Shown: positions 1 through 9,554 of the stretch, piece by piece | How the letters are laid out: every line of letters starts with the position of its first letter | Numbering within the stretch: the first letter of the stretch is position 1 | Assembly: GCA_016939365.1 (NCBI GenBank) | Contig: JAFGHD010000112.1 | Span: 162 to 64,161, forward strand | Direction: 5' to 3' | DNA: 64,000 bases | Source of the DNA: Bacteroidales bacterium | GTDB lineage: Bacteria > Bacteroidota > Bacteroidia > Bacteroidales > JAFGHD01 | The notes under the pieces: model-generated | Told to the model about the DNA's origin: nothing | The model's input: the letters and a program-made list of their open reading frames with translations, nothing else | Databases searched by the model: none | Program-made: the position numbers and the translations under genes

Positions 1-2121
1 GTTTCCCTGAGAGTCGTCAATCTGGTGTGAAGAATAGATCACATAGGCTCCGGCGTTGGGGATAACGGTGACAGGGTACTGGGTGGGGAGGCAGTTGTAC
101 CCGGAAACCACCAGCTCGGCATCTCCCACCTGTGTAAAGGCAGGATCAAGCTGAATGACGGCCGTGCCGTTGGAGCCTGTCAGGGCGGCACCGTGAAGAG
201 TCCCATCCTTCAGCAGGGCGCAGGTGAGTCCTTCCACCGGCGATCCGTTACTGGTAACAGTCACCTGGGTGGAGGGAACACCGATGGGGATGGCGGCCTG
301 GTAATTCACCTGTATGGTGATGGGTTCATCGGCCCAGACTGCCAATGCAGGATTACCGAGGATGTTGATGTCGTAAAAGTTCCATCTCAGAGCACCCTCT
401 TCCCATTGTCCGGGAGCAGTCACCCACGGGGCGGTTTGGATCTTCATTTCAGCAAATGCATCGCCCAGGCAGCCAATCTTCTCATGATAAAGGGCATCTG
501 CGTATTCCCGGTGCATATGGGCTGCCGGACCTTCCGTCTGTCCTTCATTGAACCACCCGTACCGGGAATTGCCAATCACGGAGACGGCAAAGTTCTCGAT
601 ATTGACCATCCGCTCCATGATACAGTCATTATAGTCGAATGAACCGCAGTAGCACCCATGTGAAAACATCAGGGTGTAATTATGGTCGGTGCCATTGGCC
701 AGGTTGAAGTTGGAGTTGGTGATATCGCTGTTGCTCAGAAAGGCGACATATGTCTCGTTGGCATGGCCCGAATGATGCAGGAAGGATTTTCCCTGATTGA
801 TTTTGGCAATCAGGTCGCTGGCCCCCCAGGGCTGTATCTCTTCATACAGCTTATCAATGTTATGATCTTCAGGAATGCCGGTGGTGGTGTACCCGTTATC
901 ATCGTGATAACCGATCAGAAGCTCCAGGTAATCGCTGCCCCAGGTAGGCGGGTCACTCCATAAATGCTCACCCGCCAGCAGGGGATCCCTGAGCTCGCCG
1001 GTCACGGGTGTATCCTGATAGCTCTCCGATTTGTGTACCACGTTGTTCAGTTCAGTCGTATTGCTTACAGGGAACCGTCCCACTCCCAGCTCCGGTAAAA
1101 GATCGTCCTCACCCGGTTCCCCCCAGAGGTTGTCACCGTCATCGTTCCAGGTGCCGTCGAGTGCCCCATAATAGAGATCGGCCGGGATATCATCATCCTC
1201 ATATACTGATGAGGAGATCACCTTGCAGTAAAATCCCCGGTAGGGAACATACTCCACATCACCTCCCAGCAATACGAAGCCGATGCCATGATCCTGGTAC
1301 TCCTGGATGATATGATTGCGTATCTTTTCCTGGAGATCCTGTCCGGTGCCACCTGTCTGTATCTCTTCGACGGTAGTGATCGCTGTTCTCATCCCCCTCC
1401 TGAGATAAAGATCGGCAAGGGACTGGAAACCAGAAGAGAACTGGTTGGGTGTGATGATCAGGAGCTCATAGTCATCTGACCCGGGGTCTTGTGCAGGATA
1501 GGATGCAACGGCCTCAGGGTTCTGGGCCAGTCTGCCAAGACGATCCCTTATCTGACGTGAATCCTTCAGGTTGGACAGGGCAGATACGGCATCCTGCGCC
1601 AAACGGGTGAAGATACGTACTGTTATGGTCTGGTAATACCCCAATTTCCCGGAAGAGGGATAATATACCGCAGGTGTGAAGGTGGAAAGTGCGATGGAGT
1701 ATCCGTTCAGGAACTGGGTAATGATCTTGCCTTCAGGCTGAGAGGGGTAAGGCCCGTCCTGGCTGTACACACCGGTATGTATCTCCCAATGAGGTGTACC
1801 CGTTGATGAGAGGGGCCGGCTTGCCTGAGCCGGAGCCAGGCGATAGGTCCCCGGAAGCTCGACGAACTGACCCGTTATGATCTCCATCCTGTCCGCAATG
1901 TGTCCGGGAGGCAGGATCAGGCTGATGCTGTGATAGGGCAGCACAGGCTCTCCCACCCTGCCGTCAGGCATGGTATTGTCAAGCAAAAGAAGCTGGTACT
2001 CCCCGGCAGGATTGATCCGGGGCCCCGTGATCTGATAGGTAAAGTCCACCTGCGCATCAGAGATCCATGCCCCCGCCAGTGTCAAAACAATAGTCAGAAT
2101 TAAACTCGTCCTACTCATCAT
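1..2121 (-). CDS. Peptidase family C25 (gingipain-like cysteine protease), N-terminal 707 codons. The C-terminus lies beyond the window start.
   Basis: It is absent from the ORF track because it runs off the edge. My reverse-complement reading from the ATG at 2121 gives MMSRTSLILTIVLTLAGAWISDA|QVDF (a signal peptide). Spot checks at 1-60, 601-780 and 1321-1380 are in the same frame and stop-free. LHHSGHAN is encoded at 780-757 and LMFSHGCYCGSFD at about 672-634, which fits the His/Cys dyad context of clan CD C25 peptidases. Confidence 0.75.
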   Translation of the reverse strand, partial: MMSRTSLILTIVLTLAGAWISDAQVDFTYQITGPRINPAGEYQLLLLDNTMPDGRVGEPVLPYHSISLILPPGHIADRMEIITGQFVELPGTYRLAPAQASRPLSSTGTPHWEIHTGVYSQDGPYPSQPEGKIITQFLNGYSIALSTFTPAVYYPSSGKLGYYQTITVRIFTRLAQDAVSALSNLKDSRQIRDRLGRLAQNPEAVASYPAQDPGSDDYELLIITPNQFSSGFQSLADLYLRRGMRTAITTVEEIQTGGTGQDLQEKIRNHIIQEYQDHGIGFVLLGGDVEYVPYRGFYCKVISSSVYEDDDIPADLYYGALDGTWNDDGDNLWGEPGEDDLLPELGVGRFPVSNTTELNNVVHKSESYQDTPVTGELRDPLLAGEHLWSDPPTWGSDYLELLIGYHDDNGYTTTGIPEDHNIDKLYEEIQPWGASDLIAKINQGKSFLHHSGHANETYVAFLSNSDITNSNFNLANGTDHNYTLMFSHGCYCGSFDYNDCIMERMVNIENFAVSVIGNSRYGWFNEGQTEGPAAHMHREYADALYHEKIGCLGDAFAEMKIQTAPWVTAPGQWEEGALRWNFYDINILGNPALAVWADEPITIQVNYQAAIPIGVPSTQVTVTSNGSPVEGLTCALLKDGTLHGAALTGSNGTAVIQLDPAFTQVGDAELVVSGYNCLPTQYPVTVIPNAGAYVIYSSHQIDDSQGN

Positions 2122-2262
2122 GATTGGGCTTGTTGATTGAATAATGGTTTATTAATGAGACAATAAACCTCTGAAAAAAGTTGTCAAGAGGTATTGAGGG
2201 TCCCCGGGTAAGGCCTGCCCCCTGCAGGGAACTCCGGGCCGGGGAATACAGGGGCTAAAGAT

Positions 2263-2305
2263 AGAATAAAAACAACAGCCGGAAGATCAATACGGCTTCC
2301 GGCTG
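2263..2305 (-). terminator. Rho-independent terminator downstream of the thioredoxin-like gene
   Basis: A perfect 10-bp stem pairs cagccggaag (2276-2285) with cttccggctg (2296-2305). On the minus strand it is followed by TTGTTTTTATT. Confidence 0.6.
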
Positions 2306-2343
2306 CATCTATTCAATTCCGGATCATTTCCGGTCTCAAAGGG

Positions 2344-2793
2344 CTAATGTATCACAGTCAGCTTCTCCGCGACCACCATCACACTGTAGTCAAGCCCCGC
2401 ATGATCACCGAATATGTTGAGTGTGAAGGGGGACGGTATGGCTTTCCGGATATTGTACAGCGCCAGGTATTGGGTATACATGCTCTGCGTCTGGCTCCCA
2501 CCCACCTTGGTCAGGACGCCATCAAACTTGGCGGTCGGATATCCGGTAACACCGTAATAACTGATCCGTGCGCTGGCATATGCGTTGGCGTAGGGATCAT
2601 CGTAGTGATATTCAATGACGGCCACATCATGCCCGTTGGCCACCATGTCATCGGCGCCCATCGCGGCACCCGGGCAATACGGACACCAGGTGCCTGTCGC
2701 GATCTCCAGCAGAACCTTATCCCGTTCGACCTGCTGTGCCATCACTACCTGGATCATCATGATACCTGCAATGAACAGTAAATTTCTTTTCAT
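2344..2793 (-). CDS. Secreted thioredoxin-fold protein with a WCPYC (CxxC) redox motif
   Basis: 149-aa ORF with a signal peptide MKRNLLFIAGIMMIQVVMA|QQ and the motif GTWCPYCPGA. The mirror ORF on the + strand is judged spurious. Confidence 0.65.
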   Translation of the reverse strand: MKRNLLFIAGIMMIQVVMAQQVERDKVLLEIATGTWCPYCPGAAMGADDMVANGHDVAVIEYHYDDPYANAYASARISYYGVTGYPTAKFDGVLTKVGGSQTQSMYTQYLALYNIRKAIPSPFTLNIFGDHAGLDYSVMVVAEKLTVIH

Positions 2794-2826
2794 GACCGTA
2801 ATATTTTGAGGTTAAATCAGGAAATA

Positions 2827-2834
2827 CAAATGTA
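2827..2834 (-). promoter_or_regulatory. Bacteroidota -7 promoter box (TAcaTTTG on the minus strand)
   Basis: The plus strand reads caaatgta, 34 nt upstream of the ATG at 2793. It matches the TAnnTTTG consensus of the Bacteroidota primary sigma factor. Confidence 0.4.
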
Positions 2835-2987
2835 GGTAAATTATACAATATGTAATAATTACATTTTAGAAATACCCCTGCTTATGCGATTCAGCAAACC
2901 TTAATATTCAGGAAGGTCCCGGTTCATCTTCCCCGCACCTTCCTGTCGAAACGCCATTCACCGGAACCCGCCGGAAGGCCGTTTCGC

Positions 2988-4493
2988 CTATTTACGAAGT
3001 ATGATCCGGAAGGTGGTTCCTTTCCCCAGCACTGAAGACTTGACGAAAATTCTGCCGTTATGGTAGTTGCGTATGATCCGGTCGGCAAGTGAGAGTCCCA
3101 GTCCCCATCCTCTTTTCTTGGAGGTGTAACCGGGATTGAATATGGTCTTGAACAGCGATTTGGGTATCCCTTTGCCTGTGTCACTGAAATCAATGATCAC
3201 CTGTCCGCTCTCCTCAATGAGATGAATATCAATCAGGCCATAGTTACCCATGGCATCAATGGCATTTTTACAGAGATTTTCGATCACCCATTCGAAGAGG
3301 TGAAGGTTCAGTGGAACCATGATACGGGCATCCGGCGGTACATTGATGTGGTATTCCACTCTTTCGGAAGACCGGGTCCGGATATACGCCACGCCGTCAT
3401 AAACCACCCTGACGATGTTTTCGGGTTTTAATTTGGGTTCAGACCCGATCTTGGAGAACCGGTCGGTAATCTTCTGAAGCCTCTCCACATCTTTTGCAAG
3501 TTCCTGAAATGCCTCATTACCTGCATGCTCCGATCCAAGCAGCTCGATCCAGGCCAATATGGAAGAGAGCGGTGTTCCCAGTTGATGTGCGGTTTCCTTG
3601 GCCAGACCAACCCATACCTGGTTCTGTTCTGATTTTCGTGCAGAGCTGAAGAGAATATAGGATATCAGAAGGAATATACCGATCACGGCCAGCTGGAAAT
3701 AAGGGAAATAGATCATTCGGGTCAGCATGTCGGAATCCTTGTAAAAAATGAATCGCTTGCCCTGCCCGGCGAGTTCGATCTCTATGGGTTCATTCTGCGA
3801 TTCCATTCTCGACAAGATATGCATCATGTATGTTGAATCACCGGCTTTTCTCGGATCTATCATACCGTGCTCCAACACTCTCCTGCGGGTGCTGTCGGTG
3901 ATAATCACCGGAACGGAAGCAGAGTTCAGCACTACCTCCTGAAAGAAGGAGTCGATCAAATCATCAAGCACATTCCTCAGTTCGGTGAAAAGACGTGAAT
4001 CCTTGTAGTAAAGGAATATACTTCTGTTCATCAGATATTTCACCTGGATGGGAGGATAGGTAGTGAACTCCTCAAGCAACTTGCCTCTGAGGACTCTCAT
4101 GGTATCCTTGTCGAAATCGACATTCACCGCATTTGTGATGTTACCGCTTCCGTCGGTCAGAATGACCGGGATATTGGTATTGGAGCGGATCATCTTCAAA
4201 TAGAAATTGAGCGCATCAGATGTGGTTTCCAGTGCAATGCTCTTGTATGCCTCAGCCAGCAACTCCATCCGTTTCCGTTCCTCATTCTCCAGGCGCACAA
4301 AAAAGCTGTCGGTGTAATTGACCAGATCAGCCTTATGATGAATTGCATCCGCCCAGATCCGAATGTTCCTCCTTTCATCCTGAGCGATCTCCCTGACCAG
4401 GATATTGGTGTACCATAAGGATCCCGTGATAATCACCACGGCTGTTCCGAACAGGATCCACTTCCACCTTTTCTTTTTTGAATATATATTCAA
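2988..4493 (-). CDS. Sensor histidine kinase (two TM segments, periplasmic domain, HisKA and HATPase_c)
   Basis: 501 aa. The H-box is AHQLGTPLSSILAWIELL, with N/G boxes NLCKNAIDAM, DTGKGI and GWGLGLSLA. The N-terminal TM is WILFGTAVVIITGSLW and the second TM is LAVIGIFLLISYILF. Confidence 0.85.
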   Translation of the reverse strand: MNIYSKKKRWKWILFGTAVVIITGSLWYTNILVREIAQDERRNIRIWADAIHHKADLVNYTDSFFVRLENEERKRMELLAEAYKSIALETTSDALNFYLKMIRSNTNIPVILTDGSGNITNAVNVDFDKDTMRVLRGKLLEEFTTYPPIQVKYLMNRSIFLYYKDSRLFTELRNVLDDLIDSFFQEVVLNSASVPVIITDSTRRRVLEHGMIDPRKAGDSTYMMHILSRMESQNEPIEIELAGQGKRFIFYKDSDMLTRMIYFPYFQLAVIGIFLLISYILFSSARKSEQNQVWVGLAKETAHQLGTPLSSILAWIELLGSEHAGNEAFQELAKDVERLQKITDRFSKIGSEPKLKPENIVRVVYDGVAYIRTRSSERVEYHINVPPDARIMVPLNLHLFEWVIENLCKNAIDAMGNYGLIDIHLIEESGQVIIDFSDTGKGIPKSLFKTIFNPGYTSKKRGWGLGLSLADRIIRNYHNGRIFVKSSVLGKGTTFRIILRK

Positions 4494-4699
4494 TTGATGC
4501 GGCTATATCAGGGAATAAAACGATCCTTGAAGCCCCAGATTGTCTCAGGCAGATATGAATCCGGTGATTTATGACGTACCAAAGGGCACTGAGGATATAT
4601 TGAAGAATTTGACATGCCTTCAGGCATTCCGTATTCCGGCCGGACTGCTAAAATATCACTTTTTACATTCAAATCGCAAATGAGGCCTCTTTTTTAATA

Positions 4700-4840
4700 C
4701 TGACGGAAATCAGGTTTACAAATTTCAACTGTCTGATTTCTTCAAGTATATGCTGATCTGTATGATTTTGCTTTTGTCTGCCTGTCGCCCGCCTGTCTGC
4801 AGACAGGGCAGACAGGCAAATTCAGATAACATCAGAATAC
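4700..4840 (+). repeat. Two-hairpin intergenic repeat, copy A
   Basis: It shares a 41-nt block, ctgacggaaatcagGtttacaaatttCaactgtctgatttc, with 31779-31819 (39/41 identical). It also shares atatgctgatctgta.gattttg, ctgcctgtc and gacaggcaaa..ca.a...catcag. It contains the nested palindrome tgcctgtc-gcc-cgcctgtc-tgca-gacaggg-ca-gacaggca. Confidence 0.8.
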
Positions 4841-4918
4841 ATAATACCCTTCGACAATGTTTCAAACGAATCATCCGTTTTTCGTTACCTTAGTAGCACA
4901 TCCCAAAATTCCATATAT

Positions 4919-5983
4919 ATGAACAGGCAGAAATTCCGTCCAAGCAGGAAAATCGGATTGCCCCCGGGCTCCCTGGTATACACTGGAGATGCCTTTGACA
5001 CAGCAGTCAGCATCACCCTGATGAAATATTCACCGGAAGAGATCCGGACCCATGAGAGCAACAACATCGACGAAATCCTCAATCAGCTGGATCATTCATA
5101 TGTAAACTGGATAAATATATGTGGCCTGAGTGACACCTCTATCATCGAGAAGACGGGAAATCATTTCGGACTTCATCCCCTTCTGCTCGAGGATATACTC
5201 AACACCGGGCATCTTCCCAAAACAGAAGAATACGAAGACCATATTTTTTTCACGCTCAAAATCCTGAATGCTGACAACGCAGCGGAGGGTATCCTGCAGG
5301 AACATGTCAGTTTCGTACTGGGCAGTTATTTCCTGATCACCTACCAGGAAAAGAAGGGAGGCCTGTTTGACAGTATCCGGGAGCGGATTCTCACCGCCAC
5401 AGGAAAAGTCAGGCAAAGAAAGAGCGATTATCTGATGTACCTGTTGATGGATAAAATCGTGGATCACTATTTCCTGATCCCCGGGATGATCGACGACAGG
5501 AATGATACGCTGGAAGAGCTGGTTTTCACTGAGGGAAAGAATCTTCCGGGCGGTGAGGTACTTTCGTTGCGCAAACAGATATCCTTTCTGCGTAAACAGG
5601 CTGACCAGCTCACCGACGCGGTCAGCACGATCCGGAAAAGCGAAAACCGCCTGATCGAACCGGTGACCCTCAGGTACTTCAATGATATTCACGACCACCT
5701 GGTGGAAATAACCCAGCACCTTGACACCATCAGGGACAAACTGACAGCGCTCTGGGAGCTCAACATGGCCAACCAGTCGAACCGGATGAATAAAATTATC
5801 AACCAGTTGACCGTAATCGCCACGATTTTTATTCCTTTGACCTTTCTGGTAGGAATCTATGGAATGAATTTTGAATACATGCCGGAACTTGGGTGGAAAT
5901 GGGGTTACCCGCTGGTCATTGCAATCATGGTGTTTCTCGGAACCGGAATGTATATCTACATAAGACGCAAACGATGGATGTAA
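4919..5983 (+). CDS. corA: Magnesium/cobalt transporter CorA
   Basis: 354 aa. Two C-terminal TM helices flank the signature YGMNF (IYGMNFEYMPEL). The N-terminal part is a large cytoplasmic domain. Confidence 0.9.
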   Translation: MNRQKFRPSRKIGLPPGSLVYTGDAFDTAVSITLMKYSPEEIRTHESNNIDEILNQLDHSYVNWINICGLSDTSIIEKTGNHFGLHPLLLEDILNTGHLPKTEEYEDHIFFTLKILNADNAAEGILQEHVSFVLGSYFLITYQEKKGGLFDSIRERILTATGKVRQRKSDYLMYLLMDKIVDHYFLIPGMIDDRNDTLEELVFTEGKNLPGGEVLSLRKQISFLRKQADQLTDAVSTIRKSENRLIEPVTLRYFNDIHDHLVEITQHLDTIRDKLTALWELNMANQSNRMNKIINQLTVIATIFIPLTFLVGIYGMNFEYMPELGWKWGYPLVIAIMVFLGTGMYIYIRRKRWM

Positions 5984-6040
5984 TGCCAGAATCCCGGGAT
6001 CTTTGTCAAAGTAATCAAAACCTGGTAAAAAAGGAGCCAT

Positions 6041-6652
6041 ATGAGCCTGCTCATTGAAATGTCCGGGATGCCGGCAACATCTCCATGGTTTACCTGGGTG
6101 GTCATCCCGCTCCTGATTTTTTTTGCCCGTGTGGCCGATGTATCCATCGGTACACTCCGGTTGATATTTGTATCGAAAGGGCTTAAACTGCTGGCGCCGG
6201 TTCTGGGTTTCTTCGAGGTGATCATCTGGCTGCTTGCGATCAGCCAGATCATGCAGCACCTCGACAACGTTATCTGTTATCTGGCTTACGGTCTGGGATT
6301 TGCCACGGGCAATTATATCGGGATCTATATCGACGAAAAAATGTCACTCGGCACCGTACTGATAAGGGTTTTCCCGAAAAAGGAGGCTGACATGCTTGTA
6401 GAGAATCTCCGTTCCGTCGGATACGGTGTCACGGCCACCATAGTGGAAGGAATGTCGGGAAGCCAGAAAATGCTCTTTTCGATCGTAAAAAGAAAAGACG
6501 TGAAGGATTTCATCGGGGTGGTGAATGCCTTCAATCCCGCTACCTTCTATACCATCGAGGATATCCGCACCGCACGTGAGGGATACTTCCGGGAGGGCAG
6601 GCAGCACAGCCCCTTCACCCATCTGTCGCTGCTCAGGAGAAAAGGGAAATAG
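6041..6652 (+). CDS. UPF0316/DUF2179-family membrane protein
   Basis: 203 aa. Three N-terminal TM segments are followed by a soluble C-terminal domain (GVTATIVEGMSGSQKMLFSIVKRKD), as is typical of YebE/UPF0316-like proteins. This is family recognition by eye only. Confidence 0.55.
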   Translation: MSLLIEMSGMPATSPWFTWVVIPLLIFFARVADVSIGTLRLIFVSKGLKLLAPVLGFFEVIIWLLAISQIMQHLDNVICYLAYGLGFATGNYIGIYIDEKMSLGTVLIRVFPKKEADMLVENLRSVGYGVTATIVEGMSGSQKMLFSIVKRKDVKDFIGVVNAFNPATFYTIEDIRTAREGYFREGRQHSPFTHLSLLRRKGK

Positions 6653-6661
6653 CGGATTTCC

Positions 6662-6690
6662 CCTCCGGATGGTTGTCTTATTTCCGGAGG
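6662..6690. terminator. Hairpin between convergent genes (possible bidirectional terminator)
   Basis: cctccgga (6662-6669) pairs with tccggagg (6683-6690), an 8-bp stem. It spans the stop codon of the minus-strand AsmA-like gene. Confidence 0.35.
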
Positions 6691-9362
6691 CTGTCCGGTT
6701 CAGTCAGGGTGGAATCCGGCAGAGATTCTTCCCACTCAATGATCCAATGTCTGTCGCTGCCTGTTATCGTCCTCTCCCGGAGCGGAGCATGCATACCCTG
6801 TTGTGAATCCTTTGCCTTTTTCTCATCCGGAAGTTCATCCCACCCGATAATGAAGTGGCGACCTGTCATCGAAGCCGCCGAATCAACAGCTTCTTCCCGG
6901 CCATCCGGCTGATCCCTGCCGAATTCGCTCCGCAACAAATCCTTCAGTTCGAATCCCTCCTTTTTCAGATCCGATGCAAGCTTTTCCGTGACTGCACGGG
7001 TATCATACCGGAGCAGGGGATCCGAAGCATCGCCGGTCAGGTGAAAAAACAATTGAGTCCGGCCTTCCCCGTCATCCTCGATGAATCCGAACTTCTCATC
7101 AGGTACCGTTTCATTGCCTCCTGAAAGAAGGTCAGAAAGACGGATCCGAATATGGTAATCGATACGGTTACTGAAATCGTGGGTTCCCGATATCCTCATG
7201 TCCAGTGTATTAGTGTTCACCTCCATCTCGGGGATGAAGATGATCCGGTCCCTGATCACAATCCTGTTCTGCAGTGTGGAAAATTCGACATGTCCGAGGT
7301 CCTGGTTTTTCAGGTAGGGAGTGATCGCGCGAAGGGGTTCATATCCGATCAGTTCACCCCGGTCAATGGTGATGTCAGCCTGTGTAAATACACTTCCCGG
7401 GGCGGTCCGGAGGGAGGCATCCATTCGGGAGGCGAAAGTCAGGTCAGTGTTAAGGGATCCCCTCAGGTGATTGTATGTCAGAGCCTGCTGACCGAAATTT
7501 CCCATTTCATAAAAGAGTCGTGAGATATCCACATCCCGGAGGCTTGCGTCGCATGTCATCAGGAAGCCGGAGTTGTCCTCCTGAAGAAGCAGTCCATCGA
7601 AGAGGATGTGACCTTTCATGGAATTGAAACGGAAATCCCTGGCTTCCAGCCGCCGCCCTCCGAGGAGCAGCCGACCCCCAATCTGCCCTGCGGTGAAATT
7701 CCCTAATGTCAGGCTGTCGATGTCCAGCTCCAGGTTGAGGCTGAGCCTTTCCGAGAGATTCAGACGGTATACGGTATCACACCTTCCCTGGTATTGCAGC
7801 AACTCGTCCAGGTCGATATGCCCGGCCTCAATCCTGGCCTGAACGCCAAGGCTCTTTCCCGGAATCATGAGGAAAGGAATCAGGTTATGGAAATGTCCGT
7901 TGATCCGGAAATCGCCCGAGGAGGTTCTGCCGCAGAATCCATTAGCCTCCAGCCGGTTATCCCTGAGGATGAATGATCCTTCCATGTCCTTCAAATCCAA
8001 AGGACTGTGGGCCAGCTGCAACGAGCACCCGCTCAGGCGGAGGTGCCCCTTCACCGTGGCCGGTATCAGGTCTTCCGGCCTCGGCATCCTAAGTTCATCA
8101 AGAGTTCCGGTAATAGCCAGCTGCATGTCCATCTTACCTGAGATATGACGCACAGTATCCGGGAGGATCCAACCGGGGAGTGCAGTAAGGTCCACACCCG
8201 CTGACAGGTCCAATCCGATCCCGGGATGAATAAAGTCGTTGAGTTCAAGCCGTCCCGACATACACCCGGCCGGACCGGATGTACTGAATTCATCCAGTAT
8301 AAGAGTGTATGTTTGCCTCCGGCCTGAGAGTCCCGTGTCGAATGTCCCCCTGAGCAAAACATCATAGAATGCCATCTCCCCGGGAAGCCATGTGATCTCT
8401 CCGTTCCAGAAATAAAACCCGGCTGACACCCGGGGCATGGCACCCTTATGCCAGGAACCTTCAAGCTTCATATCCAGGTTAAAACTGCCCCCGATCCGGA
8501 AATCTGTGAAAAGGCTCCTGTATTGTTCAGGAAGTAGGGCAGAGAATTGCTGAAAGTCGCATTTCGCAATGGAGATATCCAGATCGATCCGTCGGGATGA
8601 CCCTTCAGGTTCAAGGGTACCTGCCATGTCACATTGGATCCCATCAATCCTGATACGGGCCCTTTTCAGGTCAAACATGAGCCTGGTTTCATCCACCAGC
8701 AAGTGCATATCCAGTTCGAGATCCCGCTCCCCAAGAACCGGGGATTCCCCGGGCTGAATAAGGATGGAGCGAAATTCCCCGTTCATCGAGATATCATATA
8801 CGCTGCCCGTTGTCCTGACCGCCGCCACTGACCGGTCTGCCCTGAAACGATATTCCTGACGTGCCTGTTCGTCGATAAAGGTAAAGTGTACATTCTTAAA
8901 CCTGATCATCGGAAAATGGGTATCAGGGTGACTCTTTCCACTTCCGCGGAATATTCCGTAATTCACCTCTCCCTTACGGTCTTTCAGCATGCCCAGATAA
9001 GCATCTTCAATCGTGAGCCCGCGGATCACCATCTTTCCAAGAACCATTTCAATGAAGTTGAACACCACATAAAGCTGCCCGGCTTTCAGCAAGGGTTCGC
9101 CGGAGGGCACATCCATGCTTCCGGAGACGTCCACTTCGGTAAGCCGTAGCGAAACCCTTGGGAAATGACTCCAAAGTTCCATCTCAATACCCTCCACCCT
9201 GACTTCCACACCAACCCTGCGGTTAACCTCCTCCAGGGCCATCTCCCGAAACCTGCCGCGACCGGCATAAAAAACAACGGAAATTACCAGCACGAGAAAA
9301 ATAGGGATGAATAAAACCACCATCCCGAACCTGATCAACCGCCGCCCGGATTGTCGTCTCAT
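6678..9362 (-). CDS. AsmA-family outer-membrane biogenesis protein (AsmA/TamB-like)
   Basis: 894 aa. It has a single N-terminal TM anchor (LIRFGMVVLFIPIFLVLVISVVF) followed by a long beta-rich periplasmic region. The size and architecture match Bacteroidota AsmA-like proteins. Confidence 0.55.
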   Translation of the reverse strand: MRRQSGRRLIRFGMVVLFIPIFLVLVISVVFYAGRGRFREMALEEVNRRVGVEVRVEGIEMELWSHFPRVSLRLTEVDVSGSMDVPSGEPLLKAGQLYVVFNFIEMVLGKMVIRGLTIEDAYLGMLKDRKGEVNYGIFRGSGKSHPDTHFPMIRFKNVHFTFIDEQARQEYRFRADRSVAAVRTTGSVYDISMNGEFRSILIQPGESPVLGERDLELDMHLLVDETRLMFDLKRARIRIDGIQCDMAGTLEPEGSSRRIDLDISIAKCDFQQFSALLPEQYRSLFTDFRIGGSFNLDMKLEGSWHKGAMPRVSAGFYFWNGEITWLPGEMAFYDVLLRGTFDTGLSGRRQTYTLILDEFSTSGPAGCMSGRLELNDFIHPGIGLDLSAGVDLTALPGWILPDTVRHISGKMDMQLAITGTLDELRMPRPEDLIPATVKGHLRLSGCSLQLAHSPLDLKDMEGSFILRDNRLEANGFCGRTSSGDFRINGHFHNLIPFLMIPGKSLGVQARIEAGHIDLDELLQYQGRCDTVYRLNLSERLSLNLELDIDSLTLGNFTAGQIGGRLLLGGRRLEARDFRFNSMKGHILFDGLLLQEDNSGFLMTCDASLRDVDISRLFYEMGNFGQQALTYNHLRGSLNTDLTFASRMDASLRTAPGSVFTQADITIDRGELIGYEPLRAITPYLKNQDLGHVEFSTLQNRIVIRDRIIFIPEMEVNTNTLDMRISGTHDFSNRIDYHIRIRLSDLLSGGNETVPDEKFGFIEDDGEGRTQLFFHLTGDASDPLLRYDTRAVTEKLASDLKKEGFELKDLLRSEFGRDQPDGREEAVDSAASMTGRHFIIGWDELPDEKKAKDSQQGMHAPLRERTITGSDRHWIIEWEESLPDSTLTEPDSLRK

Positions 9363-9505
9363 GATATTCCCCGTATTGCCATGAAGGATTACCGCAGAAT
9401 AACGATTTTTCTCAGGAAATATTCAGAAGACCAATGTACGGAGAAAAAAAGGCAGGCAATTCAGGATCAGGAAAGAATATTTTAGATACATTAAATTGAT
9501 TTTAA

Positions 9506-9513
9506 TATTTTTG
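9506..9513 (+). promoter_or_regulatory. Bacteroidota -7 promoter box (TAttTTTG)
   Basis: tatttttg lies 42 nt upstream of the ATG at 9555. Confidence 0.45.
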
Positions 9514-9554
9514 CAGCATCAAACCAGACCTTTTCCAAATCAAACCCTACTAAA

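Noticed and set aside
2347-2781. A 144-aa plus-strand ORF that almost exactly mirrors the thioredoxin-like gene
   Set aside because: The minus-strand frame has a signal peptide, a CxxC motif, a promoter box and a terminator. The plus-strand product is His/Gly-rich with no features.
4494-4918. A possible Mg2+ (M-box) or other riboswitch in the long leader region upstream of corA
   Set aside because: I recognised no conserved riboswitch core sequences. The structured part of the spacer is instead the repeat that also occurs in an unrelated context at 31779-31972.
5096-6259. A 387-aa ORF on the minus strand, antisense to corA and the DUF2179 gene
   Set aside because: Its translation is low-complexity and rich in His, Pro, Arg and Gln, with no recognisable motif. 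It mirrors a gene with clear family signatures (YGMNF). This is a typical long antisense frame in moderately GC-rich coding DNA.
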